This document shows positions 1 to 8,142 of a stretch of DNA of 18,358 nucleotides, one piece after another; position 1 is the first letter of the stretch; every line of letters begins with the position of its first letter. The notes under the pieces are model-generated. The model did no database searches. It was not told the DNA's origin and saw nothing but the letters and a program-made list of their open reading frames with translations. Source of the DNA: Bdellovibrionales bacterium (GTDB lineage Bacteria > Bdellovibrionota > Bdellovibrionia > Bdellovibrionales > Bdellovibrionaceae); the NCBI GenBank assembly GCA_031370005.1, contig JANMPT010000026.1, positions 1-18,358 on the forward strand, written 5' to 3'. The translations under genes and the position numbers were made by a program.

Positions 1-1
1 T

Positions 2-217
2 GAGGCAAATAAGCTTCGAGATCGTGAACGCATCAAAACTGAGAAACAGTTAACACTTCAGACCTCGTCCTTGGTGAATGCGATTGAAGAGATCAAAAAT
101 GATAATCTTCCCATTGAAGACGAGATCCATTACCAGGATGAAGAATCCTTACTTGAGCGATGTCATCAGTCCGGACGTACAAAGTACCATGATTCTAGCA
201 TGGCTCGAGGCAACTAA
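2..217 (+). CDS. 3' end of a CDS entering from the left edge, product unknown
   Basis: Frame starting at base 2 is open to TAA at 215-217 (EANKLRDRERIKTEKQ...HDSSMARGN*) with a natural charged composition; no family recognised. Confidence 0.6.
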   Translation, partial: EANKLRDRERIKTEKQLTLQTSSLVNAIEEIKNDNLPIEDEIHYQDEESLLERCHQSGRTKYHDSSMARGN

Positions 218-334
218 TGACCTCATCAAAAAAACCTGTAAAGATTCTATCCAAAAACACTGGAATACTACAGGGCTCTTAGGTAAATTTCTGCTGTTTC
301 GTCCAGACCTGTTTCAAAAGGAGACAGTTTCTCC

Positions 335-362
335 TTGAGTCCAATGTCCCTTCTGCCGAAAA
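335..362 (+). promoter_or_regulatory. Putative sigma-28 (FliA)-type promoter, probably giving a leaderless mRNA
   Basis: TTGAG-N15-GCCGAAAA, ending 6 nt before ATG 369; same geometry as the sites at 1530-1557 and 5447-5474. Confidence 0.55.
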
Positions 363-368
363 GCAGGG

Positions 369-1202
369 ATGGAACAAAAACACGACTCTTCAAATAAAAG
401 CCGTGATGTTGATCAACAAAAAAGTGATCGCAGGGGCCTTGGTGGTATTTTTGAAAATACCATGCGCAAATTCCAAGTCCTTGTTCACTTAGTTCTCATT
501 GCGCCAGTGTATCTTCTTGGCAGTTTTTGTTTGGGTCTAGCATTTCTTCCAGGTTTTTATCTTTTTAGTGCCGTAGACGCACTCAGTGCGCAGTGGCTTT
601 CATTGCCCCGATTTCTTATTCTAGGTACGAGCTTGGGAGCAGCATATTTTTTATATGGCTTTTCAATGATACTCATTGTGCCAACACTTAATTTTTTATT
701 GCGAACAAGTCTGAGCAGTTGGCGGGGGCCTTATTATTCTCTTCCTGCGATTCGTTGGTATATTCACAATGGTCTGACATATATCGTACGCTTTACTTTT
801 CTTGAATTCATTACGCCAACACCATTTAATCTTTTATTTTACCGCTTAATGGGAATGAAAATTGGAAATGGAACGATCATCAACAGCGCGCATATTTCCG
901 ATCCCTCTTTAATTGAAATGGGAAGAAAAGTTACAATCGGCGGATCAGTAACTATTGTCGGGCATTACGGGCAGGGTGGTTTCTTGGTGCTTGCCCCAGT
1001 AAAAATTGGTGATAAAGCAACTATCGGTCTTCGTGCAATTTTGATGGGTGGAGTTGAAATAGGTGCCGAGGCTAAGATTCTGCCAAACTCCGTGGTTTTG
1101 CCAAAAACTAAGATTCCTCCAGGGGAAACCTGGGGCGGAGTTCCCGCCTGCCGCATAGATATTCGTGAGCACAAGCAAACCAAGCAAAACGTGGCTAGTT
1201 AA
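369..1202 (+). CDS. Membrane-anchored acyltransferase with left-handed beta-helix (hexapeptide repeat) domain
   Basis: Two N-terminal hydrophobic segments, then FYRLMGMKIG and hexapeptide repeats (VTIGGS, VKIGDKATIG, VEIGAEAKI), ending WGGVPA, typical of LbH acyltransferases. Confidence 0.8.
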   Translation: MEQKHDSSNKSRDVDQQKSDRRGLGGIFENTMRKFQVLVHLVLIAPVYLLGSFCLGLAFLPGFYLFSAVDALSAQWLSLPRFLILGTSLGAAYFLYGFSMILIVPTLNFLLRTSLSSWRGPYYSLPAIRWYIHNGLTYIVRFTFLEFITPTPFNLLFYRLMGMKIGNGTIINSAHISDPSLIEMGRKVTIGGSVTIVGHYGQGGFLVLAPVKIGDKATIGLRAILMGGVEIGAEAKILPNSVVLPKTKIPPGETWGGVPACRIDIREHKQTKQNVAS

Positions 1203-1236
1203 ATTAGACGAGACTGTAAAGCTGTAAAAAACCAGC

Positions 1237-1443
1237 TTAGTGAACTGAGTGCAGCTGGTTGGTCGCCTTCCGACCGCAGTCTTTGCAGTAAGCGACCTCT
1301 TCTAGCTTTGCATCGTCAAGAGTGTCGAAATAATTGAATTCAAGTTTTCCGTGGCAAACAGCACAGTGATTGAGTGCATACTTGAGTTTTTCGCGGCGTT
1401 TAACTTCTTGTTCAGGGACTACATTAAAACGGAAGATTTCCAT
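1237..1443 (-). CDS. Small zinc-ribbon protein
   Basis: CAVC...CKDC pairs; AGGAGG Shine-Dalgarno 5 nt before the ATG; sigma-28-like promoter upstream. Confidence 0.8.
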   Translation of the reverse strand: MEIFRFNVVPEQEVKRREKLKYALNHCAVCHGKLEFNYFDTLDDAKLEEVAYCKDCGRKATNQLHSVH

Positions 1444-1529
1444 AAAGCCCTCCTGGCAAAATTGAAATTTCGGCTTTGTTTCTGTTTCAGAACATCCTGT
1501 TCATTCACAAGAACGGCCACTCATGGAAC

Positions 1530-1557
1530 ATATCGGTGCCTCCATGTCTTAACTTGA
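1530..1557 (-). promoter_or_regulatory. Putative sigma-28-type promoter for the Zn-ribbon gene
   Basis: Minus strand TCAAG-N15-ACCGATAT; its -35 is overlapped by the palindrome GTCTTA-ACT-TGAGAC (1546-1560). Confidence 0.55.
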
Positions 1558-1667
1558 GACTTTGACTGTCTAGTTTTTGGTTAAAAAAGGCTGCAGTTCT
1601 TAATTAGCGCAATGCAGGAAGTTGGGTTTTCATGGTCTTTGGTCGAGGAAGAGAATAGATTCTCCCC

Positions 1668-2138
1668 ATGCTAATAACTGAAGAGAGCGTAACCAATTAC
1701 TTTTCTTATGTGAAGAAGGTGCTTGGAGTGAAAACTATTCACTCCTCTCGCATTCATCAGAAGCCTAGCTGTGATCTTCTTTTTCTGAACCTTAGGCAAA
1801 CCTCGGATCAAAGCATTTTCGCGCCAGAAAGCGCAGAGCTTTTGGATAAAATGATTCAAGCGATGCGTCTTGGTGAACGCCGCCATTTGATTTTAGAACA
1901 CGTGCTGGTCGATGGGGTGAAGTCAGCGACGCCAATCCTTCAGCTATATGCTAAAAAAATAACAACACCTTTTGTGGTTTTATTCTCTACAAGTCCTGCA
2001 CATAATGCGATTCAGAGCTTCAGCACTTTTAAATTTCTGGAAAGTTACAGTCCCTCATATTTATTACAAAATCCTCAGGCTAAAAAAATAGCTTGGGCTG
2101 ATTTGCAAAAAGCGATGAAGGAAATAGGTGTGTCATGA
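1668..2138 (+). CDS. Degenerate uracil-DNA glycosylase family 4-like protein, probably non-catalytic
   Basis: Retains ELLDKMIQAM and YSPSYLLQNPQAKKIAWADL, matching the family-4 LLDKM and YHPAYLLRNP..K..AW.DL segments; lacks GE(A/G)PG, the motif-B His and the Fe-S cysteine cluster. Confidence 0.65.
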   Translation: MLITEESVTNYFSYVKKVLGVKTIHSSRIHQKPSCDLLFLNLRQTSDQSIFAPESAELLDKMIQAMRLGERRHLILEHVLVDGVKSATPILQLYAKKITTPFVVLFSTSPAHNAIQSFSTFKFLESYSPSYLLQNPQAKKIAWADLQKAMKEIGVS

Positions 2139-3427
2139 GAGTTCTCGGAGCTATATCCGCAGTTCTGGTTTTATTTGTAGGTCTATTGTCCTCTGGAGAG
2201 ACTCTCAAAGAGAAATGCACTGTGGGCGTAAGCATTCGCGAAGCAATTGGCGCGGCCACTCTTGATTACCTTTCCCGGGCTGAAAACTTTGCGCTTGAAA
2301 ATAATTGCAGCTCTTTGTTTGTACGCGTGAATACGCCTGGCGGCAGTCTGCAAAGCACTCGCTTGATCATTGAAAGAATTTTAGCCTCGCCAATTCCTTA
2401 TTTGTGTTTGATCTCTCCATCTGGCGGCCACGCAGGAAGTGCTGGCGCGATAATCCTGATGGCTTGTCATGTGAATGGTGGACTCACCGCCACAAATATT
2501 GGGGCAGCCACGCCGATTCTCAGCACTGGCGGTGAAACTCCGAAGGATCTGCGCAATAAATTGATCAACGATACAGTCAGTTGGCTGGAGAGTATTGTAA
2601 AGTTGCGCGGACGTAATCTTAAATTTTCTAAAGAAATCGTGACCGAAGCCAAAGCAGTAAGTGCAGAAGAAGCAAAGAAGCTCAATGCCCTTGATATTGT
2701 TGTCGGCAATGAAGGCGAGTTTCTAAAAGAAGCTCAGGGACGCAGGGTTCTTATTCGCGAGCAAAAAGACACCGAAGTTCAGGTGGGTACACTGAAAGAG
2801 TTTGAGCCAGATCTTCGTTATAAGATTTTGAATTTCACAGCAGATCCTGAAATTTCTTATTTGCTTTTTATGGGAAGCCTAGGCCTTCTTTATGTCGAGA
2901 TCACACATCCCGGACTTATTGCTCCAGGAGTAGTTGGTGGTATTGGCTTGATTTTGTCTTTAATTTCCTTTCATAAACTTGAGGTTGCATGGGGTGGTCT
3001 TGCGCTGATTCTCCTAGGCGTGGTTTTTTTAATTGCCGAACTCTTTGTGGCTAGCTTTGGGATTTTAGGAATCGGCGGTGTAGTTTCTTTCATGGTGGGA
3101 AGTGTTTTACTCTTTGATAAGAATATAAGTGGCCAGAGTCTTCCATGGCCGCTTGTTGGCGGCGTGACTTTGGTTTTGGCCGGAATTTTTCTAGGTCTTG
3201 GAACTTTGGCGCTTCGAACTTATCGTGGACGCCGTCGAGACGCAGATTTCGATTTAAAAAATAAAAAAATAAAAATAGTTGCTGTTGATCCAAATGGCCA
3301 TTCCGGTCAGGTGGAGATTCAGGGCGAAGTTTGGAGATTTATCAGCGATGGAGAGCTTAAGGGCACCGATGTGGTGGAAGTTCTTAGTCGTCAGGGTTTG
3401 ACTCTAAAGATTCAGAAGAAGGAGTGA
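2135..3427 (+). CDS. nfeD: NfeD long form (ClpP-class membrane-bound serine protease)
   Basis: Signal peptide, NTPGG, AGSAG, TNIGAATP, multi-TM middle, C-terminal OB-like GQVEIQGEVW; ATGA overlap with the upstream gene; followed by an SPFH gene. Confidence 0.92.
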   Translation: MRVLGAISAVLVLFVGLLSSGETLKEKCTVGVSIREAIGAATLDYLSRAENFALENNCSSLFVRVNTPGGSLQSTRLIIERILASPIPYLCLISPSGGHAGSAGAIILMACHVNGGLTATNIGAATPILSTGGETPKDLRNKLINDTVSWLESIVKLRGRNLKFSKEIVTEAKAVSAEEAKKLNALDIVVGNEGEFLKEAQGRRVLIREQKDTEVQVGTLKEFEPDLRYKILNFTADPEISYLLFMGSLGLLYVEITHPGLIAPGVVGGIGLILSLISFHKLEVAWGGLALILLGVVFLIAELFVASFGILGIGGVVSFMVGSVLLFDKNISGQSLPWPLVGGVTLVLAGIFLGLGTLALRTYRGRRRDADFDLKNKKIKIVAVDPNGHSGQVEIQGEVWRFISDGELKGTDVVEVLSRQGLTLKIQKKE

Positions 3428-4194
3428 TTGTGGAGTTTTTAATTTTTCTTGGAGTAGTTGCTATCGTGCTTATTACGGCCACGGTTAAAATTTTACCCGA
3501 GTGGGAGCGCGGTGTAATCCTGCGTTTTGGTCGGTTCTCGGGAATCCGTGGGCCTGGCCTGATTTTTTTAATCCCAGGAGTTGAGAGGATTTTGAAAACT
3601 GATATGCGCACAATTACCATGGATGTGAAGCCGCAAGATATCATCACTAAAGATAACGTGAGTATGCAGGTGAATGCTGTTGTTTATTTTAAAGTGATTT
3701 CTCCAGAGGAGGCCATCACTAAAATTGAGGACTATTATTTTGCGACAAGCCAGCTTGCGCAAACAACTCTGCGTTCAGTGATGGGCCAGTATCATCTTGA
3801 TGAAATTCTAGTTCACCGTGATCAGGTCAATCAGACCTTGCAAGGTATACTTGATAAACATACTGAGGCTTGGGGGATCAAAGTGGTAATGGTTGAAGTG
3901 AAGCAAATTGATTTGCCAAAAGAGATGCAAAGAGCGATGGCGCGAGAGGCCGAGTCTGAGCGAGAGCGCCGCGCAAAAATTATCAGCGCTGAGGGAGAGC
4001 TGCAGCGAGCCCAGAAACTGGCAGATGCGTCTAAATTGCTCTCCACGTCTCCTGCGGCGATGCAGCTAGCTTATTTGCAAACACTCACAGAGATTGCAGG
4101 GGATAAGACAAATACAATTATTTTCCCGCTTCCCCTTGAAATTATAAAACCACTTATGGGGCTCAGCAATGGGGCTAGTCCTGGTGAAAAATAA
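3424..4194 (+). CDS. SPFH/band-7 stomatin-like (slipin) protein
   Basis: N-terminal TM, ERGVILRFGR, QDIITKDNV, LAQTTLRSVMG, MQRAMAREAESERERRAKII; GTGA overlap with nfeD. Confidence 0.95.
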   Translation: MIVEFLIFLGVVAIVLITATVKILPEWERGVILRFGRFSGIRGPGLIFLIPGVERILKTDMRTITMDVKPQDIITKDNVSMQVNAVVYFKVISPEEAITKIEDYYFATSQLAQTTLRSVMGQYHLDEILVHRDQVNQTLQGILDKHTEAWGIKVVMVEVKQIDLPKEMQRAMAREAESERERRAKIISAEGELQRAQKLADASKLLSTSPAAMQLAYLQTLTEIAGDKTNTIIFPLPLEIIKPLMGLSNGASPGEK

Positions 4195-4268
4195 CTAGGA
4201 AAAGCACATAAGTCGGTCTTTAATACTAGCGAAACTTAAAGCAAAACTCATGGTGGAGTTTTCCTATT

Positions 4269-5345
4269 ATGCGATGGATTGCGTGCTCCTTATTTTATAT
4301 CATTACACTAATTTCGGCCTCAATATGGGCGAGGCCCGAGGTCGTTCGCGTCCGCATTAAAACCAATATTTCTAGGGTTTTTCTATCAGGGTTGAATATT
4401 CGCTTGATCGGCCATGAAGAAAGATTCAGTAAAGTATCGATTCCCCAAACCAAACAAATGCAAATTTCTCACGTTATGGTGGCTGGAAAAAATTACTGGC
4501 AGGTTTCTCAAGGCAACAGCACAGAACTGAAGGAAGTCATGACTCTCATGGTTCAGGGCGAGAATCTGCGCCAAGACTCTACGGAGCTCCCGAACAAAAT
4601 TCTGCTCCAAGAAGGTGAAGACGGGCAGATTGATACCATCGGCATAGTGCCCATGGAAGAATATGTGTTCTCTGTTCTGGCTAGTGAAATGCCACTTCGA
4701 TGGCCAATAGAAACCTTGAAGGCCCAAGCTATTGCGATTCGCTCCTATACCATGGCAATTTTAAATGCGCGTAAAGATAAAAATTTTCACATGGAGTCTT
4801 CGGTTCTGGATCAGGTATATAAGAAAATTGCATCGAACGCCGATCAAAAATTATTAGATAAGGCCCGCAGTGCGGTGAAGGCAACGGAGGGGGTTTTTTT
4901 GTTGAATAGAAAAGGCAATGTTTTGAAGGCATTCTATCATTCCGATTGTGGCGGACGCACAGTTTTAGCAAGCTCAGTATGGAGACAGGAAAAGGACAAC
5001 GATGCGGGCGTTGCCGTGGATACGAGCTGCCCATCAAATCCCATGGCTCGATGGAGCTATAATATTTCAAAGCAAAAATTTGCGAGTCTAATGTTGAATT
5101 TTATTGGGGATATACGAAGTAATGAGTTTCGTAAAATTTTAGGGTTTATGAATTTAAAAAGTACACATTTTGAGATGATAGACAAAGCAGATCAAATTGA
5201 ATTTGTTGGCAAAGGATTCGGGCATGGGGTTGGAATGTGCCAATGGGGTAGTCGTACTTTAGGTTTAAGGTCTTTTTCTTACCAAAGGATTCTTAAACAT
5301 TACTATCCCTTGGCTTCCTTAAGTATTCTTGAAAATCAAGATTAG
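4269..5345 (+). CDS. SpoIID/LytB domain lytic transglycosylase
   Basis: Signal peptide; EEYV..VLASEMP..WP.ETLKAQAIAIRSY, DQVY, AFYHSDCGGRT, GFGHGVGMCQWG, ILKHYYP. Confidence 0.92.
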   Translation: MRWIACSLFYIITLISASIWARPEVVRVRIKTNISRVFLSGLNIRLIGHEERFSKVSIPQTKQMQISHVMVAGKNYWQVSQGNSTELKEVMTLMVQGENLRQDSTELPNKILLQEGEDGQIDTIGIVPMEEYVFSVLASEMPLRWPIETLKAQAIAIRSYTMAILNARKDKNFHMESSVLDQVYKKIASNADQKLLDKARSAVKATEGVFLLNRKGNVLKAFYHSDCGGRTVLASSVWRQEKDNDAGVAVDTSCPSNPMARWSYNISKQKFASLMLNFIGDIRSNEFRKILGFMNLKSTHFEMIDKADQIEFVGKGFGHGVGMCQWGSRTLGLRSFSYQRILKHYYPLASLSILENQD

Positions 5346-5419
5346 AAATTAATAAAAACACGGAAAACAAATACAGCGACGGCGCCGAGTACGATCATAT
5401 TGAGAGCTCTATTTTGCAT
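5342..5419 (-). CDS. 25-aa single-pass membrane peptide (below the ORF-track cutoff)
   Basis: MQNRALNMIVLGAVAVFVFRVFINF*; AAGGAG (5427-5432) 7 nt before the ATG; near-consensus sigma-28 promoter upstream; its stop overlaps the convergent SpoIID stop. Confidence 0.7.
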   Translation of the reverse strand: MQNRALNMIVLGAVAVFVFRVFINF

Positions 5420-5446
5420 TTTATTTCTCCTTGAGATTATGATTAC

Positions 5447-5474
5447 TTATCGGCTTCTTCTTTTGAGAACTAAA
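5447..5474 (-). promoter_or_regulatory. Sigma-28 (FliA)-type promoter
   Basis: Minus strand TTTAG-N15-GCCGATAA, with a perfect -10 consensus. Confidence 0.7.
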
Positions 5475-5586
5475 GTGGAAAGTGTCTGATTTTTTGACTA
5501 TCTGGTGACAAAAATAGGAGATATGACTCTAAACCGTCCCCATGATTCTTGTCTCATTTTGAATAGATCAGCTTAAACACATGAAA

Positions 5587-5641
5587 TTTCAATGAGTTAT
5601 AATGCGAAGAAAGCTTTGGCACAAGCGGCATGGGGCTCGCA
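5587..5641 (+). promoter_or_regulatory. Putative sigma-54 promoter with upstream IHF-like site
   Basis: CGGCATG-GGGC-TCGCA (GG 5627-28, N10, GC 5639-40); TTTCAATGAGTTA at 5587-5599 is one mismatch from WATCAANNNNTTR. Confidence 0.5.
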
Positions 5642-5698
5642 ATGCCTCTCAGTAAGAGGTTCTCAATGTTTAGGAACCTTATAACAGAAGAGGCGATT

Positions 5699-6460
5699 AT
5701 GAAAAACTCGAAGCTTATCTTAATACTAGCTACCCTGGCACTCCTGGGTATGGGCTGTGCTAAAGAGATGAAGGCTAGTGACAATATCGTTGCCCCTGCT
5801 GTAGTGAACCCCACTTTTCCAGTAAATGCTCCCCCGGGACAGGGTGCCGGCTCTGCGGGTGATAATTGGTCCTATGGTTCAACGGCGGTTTTCAATCCGG
5901 ACTCTTTAGAAATCTTTAATACATATGCAAGTACTCACCCATTAAATGCTCCTTCAAACGTAAAATTGAATGTGAATGTGTTAGATGTTGGTGGCGGTCA
6001 TTTCGGTGGACAGGTGAAGTTGGCTTACGACGATGCCGGCCAACACTATGAAGGCTATTTTGTCGCAGGAACTGGTACAAATCAGGAGTTTGATAGTTAC
6101 AACACGAACAAAGATGTTGGTCTCTATCATGCTCAGTACAATACCTGGTTTAATGGCGGTAAAAACTTTTCTGGTTATTTCCAAGATGCCTACGGCGCCA
6201 TTGTATTGGTTGTTGATAATGTTGTGAACCAAGGCGATGGACAAGGTGCTTCCTTTGTGAGCGGCTCTATATGGTTTAAAAACTTTGCAAAAACCATGGC
6301 TCCGCAAGGAGTAGAGCGATATTGCTGGTTTATTTATACAGGTCCCTATGCTTGTCGATCCACTACGGTAATGGATAAATCAAACCCATTGCCATCAGAC
6401 GGATACCGCAGACTAGGGACATTTAGTGGACTATCAAGATCAAGAGCTTTTAACCAATAA
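5699..6460 (+). CDS. Lipoprotein of unknown function (start revised from 5630 to 5699)
   Basis: MKNSKLILILATLALLGMG-C lipoprotein signal; AGAGG RBS before ATG 5699; Pro/Gly linker followed by an aromatic/Gly-rich beta-type domain with a Cys pair. Confidence 0.85.
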   Translation: MKNSKLILILATLALLGMGCAKEMKASDNIVAPAVVNPTFPVNAPPGQGAGSAGDNWSYGSTAVFNPDSLEIFNTYASTHPLNAPSNVKLNVNVLDVGGGHFGGQVKLAYDDAGQHYEGYFVAGTGTNQEFDSYNTNKDVGLYHAQYNTWFNGGKNFSGYFQDAYGAIVLVVDNVVNQGDGQGASFVSGSIWFKNFAKTMAPQGVERYCWFIYTGPYACRSTTVMDKSNPLPSDGYRRLGTFSGLSRSRAFNQ

Positions 6461-6498
6461 TGAATAAAAACTAATAAATAAAGCGACGAGAGGTGATT

Positions 6499-7008
6499 AT
6501 GAAAACTCAAACGAATACTAACAAAATGACGAAGCTGGTGTTTGTAGCTTTAACGTTGATGACTTTAGCTTGCTCTAAAAACAGCGGCGGAGGAGCAGCT
6601 CAACCAGGACCGGTAATTCCAAATTGTACGATTCAGCCCTGCGCTGGTGGAGTTGTTGGCGGGCAGATGCTGTATGGTGGAACAACCACGTACGGATATA
6701 ATACACAAGCTCAGTTTCAAGTTTTCGGCGACCAGAGTGGCAATGGCCCTGGCTCAATTGCTGGAACAGTGAACATCAATAACTATGTTTGTGAAGTTGG
6801 TACTAATAAGCCAAACTTAAATGGTCCATTTACAATTCAAATGATTCAACAAGGGCTTTTGAATTCAGATGTATTCACAGGAAAGGTGAATTTAGTTGGT
6901 CCCCAGGGGACGATTCCTGCTGACATTGAAGTGGTTCCGACAAGAACTCAAAGCGCTGGGCTTATCACGATTTGGTTATGCGGTTATGCAAACAAAATGA
7001 ATTTCTAA
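6499..7008 (+). CDS. Lipoprotein of unknown function (start revised from 6493 to 6499)
   Basis: MKTQTNTNKMTKLVFVALTLMTLA-C lipobox; GAGAGG RBS; Gly/Pro linker, four further Cys. Confidence 0.82.
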   Translation: MKTQTNTNKMTKLVFVALTLMTLACSKNSGGGAAQPGPVIPNCTIQPCAGGVVGGQMLYGGTTTYGYNTQAQFQVFGDQSGNGPGSIAGTVNINNYVCEVGTNKPNLNGPFTIQMIQQGLLNSDVFTGKVNLVGPQGTIPADIEVVPTRTQSAGLITIWLCGYANKMNF

Positions 7009-7161
7009 GCTGAACTTTTAAGCATGGAGCGCTTTTTTTGCCCAGATTTTTGTCAAAAATATCAAGGGATTATTGAACTTCATAAAAGACGCAGCGCCTA
7101 AGTTGCAAATAAGTAGAAAGGCCCTTGCCAATGTAACATAAAATCTTTTGTAATTGATTTT

Positions 7162-8040
7162 ATGAAATTGGAACTTTGGATAGAATTTTTTGATGAGCTG
7201 CAGAACGTTCGTGGTCGTTCACAAAATACAGTAATGGCTTATCGCCGAGATCTTGAACTCTTTACTGAGTTTCGCAAAACCCAATCTCAGATTATTGGTT
7301 TTTATGAGTTTATGAAAAAGCATAAGCTCTCAACCCGCTCTCAAGCGCGGGTCATCAGCAGCCTTCGAACTTATTTGCGTTTTTGTGAATCCCGCGGCAT
7401 GAAGTGCCCAGAGTTGCGTGAACTTCGCCCGCCAAAGGTGAAAGTCGGACTCCCAAAGGTTTTAACGCCCCAAGAATTCCAGCTGCTCTATGATGCCGTA
7501 GAAACTACGGACCCGATCAGGACTGCTCGCAATCAAATGACTTTGTTATTCCTCTATGGTCTTGGTGTGCGGGTGACAGAGCTGATTAGTTTAAATGTCA
7601 CTGATTTTAACCCAACAGATCGCTGGATTAAAATTTTAGGAAAAGGCAATAAAGAGCGCTTATCACCGATCACAGAAAAGCTGGCAGAGCATTTGATTCA
7701 CTACCTGCAAGAGATTCGGCCTTCGCTTCTAAAGGATTCCACTCAGGCCATTTTAATTAATGATCGTGGGCACCGTCCGTCGAGAGTTGACGTGTGGAGA
7801 TGGCTTGCGGCTTGGTCAGTGAAGGCTGGTTTTTCTGAGCCTGTAAATCCTCATCGTTTCCGTCACGCCTGCGCCACAGCTCTGCTTGAAAGCGGCGCAG
7901 ACCTGCGCTCCATTCAGATTCTCTTAGGACATGCCAGTATTCAAACGACACAAATTTACACCAATGTCACCACTCGCACTATGACGACCACGATTGATGA
8001 GCATCATCCCTTATCGCAACTTAAAGAGCTGGATAAATAA
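7162..8040 (+). CDS. xerD: Site-specific tyrosine recombinase, XerD-like
   Basis: S.NTV.AY.RDL N-terminus; GVRVTEL (R), GKGNKER (K), HRFRH, LLESGADLRSIQILLGHASIQTTQIYT; 292 aa. XerD versus XerC is not fully resolvable by eye. Confidence 0.8.
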   Translation: MKLELWIEFFDELQNVRGRSQNTVMAYRRDLELFTEFRKTQSQIIGFYEFMKKHKLSTRSQARVISSLRTYLRFCESRGMKCPELRELRPPKVKVGLPKVLTPQEFQLLYDAVETTDPIRTARNQMTLLFLYGLGVRVTELISLNVTDFNPTDRWIKILGKGNKERLSPITEKLAEHLIHYLQEIRPSLLKDSTQAILINDRGHRPSRVDVWRWLAAWSVKAGFSEPVNPHRFRHACATALLESGADLRSIQILLGHASIQTTQIYTNVTTRTMTTTIDEHHPLSQLKELDK

Positions 8041-8112
8041 TCCGAGAAGCGAAAGTGTCATCCGAAGCTCAAGGGCCTTTGGACAAGATACACACGTGCA
8101 AGCTGTGTAAAG

Positions 8113-8129
8113 CTGGCTTTGTCTTTGCT
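8113..8129 (+). promoter_or_regulatory. Putative sigma-54 promoter of comM
   Basis: CTGGC-TTTGTC-TTTGCT (GG 8115-16, N10, GC 8127-28); predicted +1 near 8140, just before ATG 8143. Confidence 0.45.
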
Positions 8130-8142
8130 CAAATTGCAAGGG

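Noticed and set aside
78..338. 86-aa ORF in the track
   Set aside because: Overlaps the more natural frame 2-217 and runs into the next promoter; likely a shadow ORF.
5630..5698. N-terminal extension of the first lipoprotein
   Set aside because: ATG 5630 lies inside the predicted promoter and has no RBS; the signal peptide starts at 5699.
7162..8040. xerD as the island integrase
   Set aside because: It has the housekeeping XerC/D signature and lies on the core side of the tRNA, separated from it by comM.
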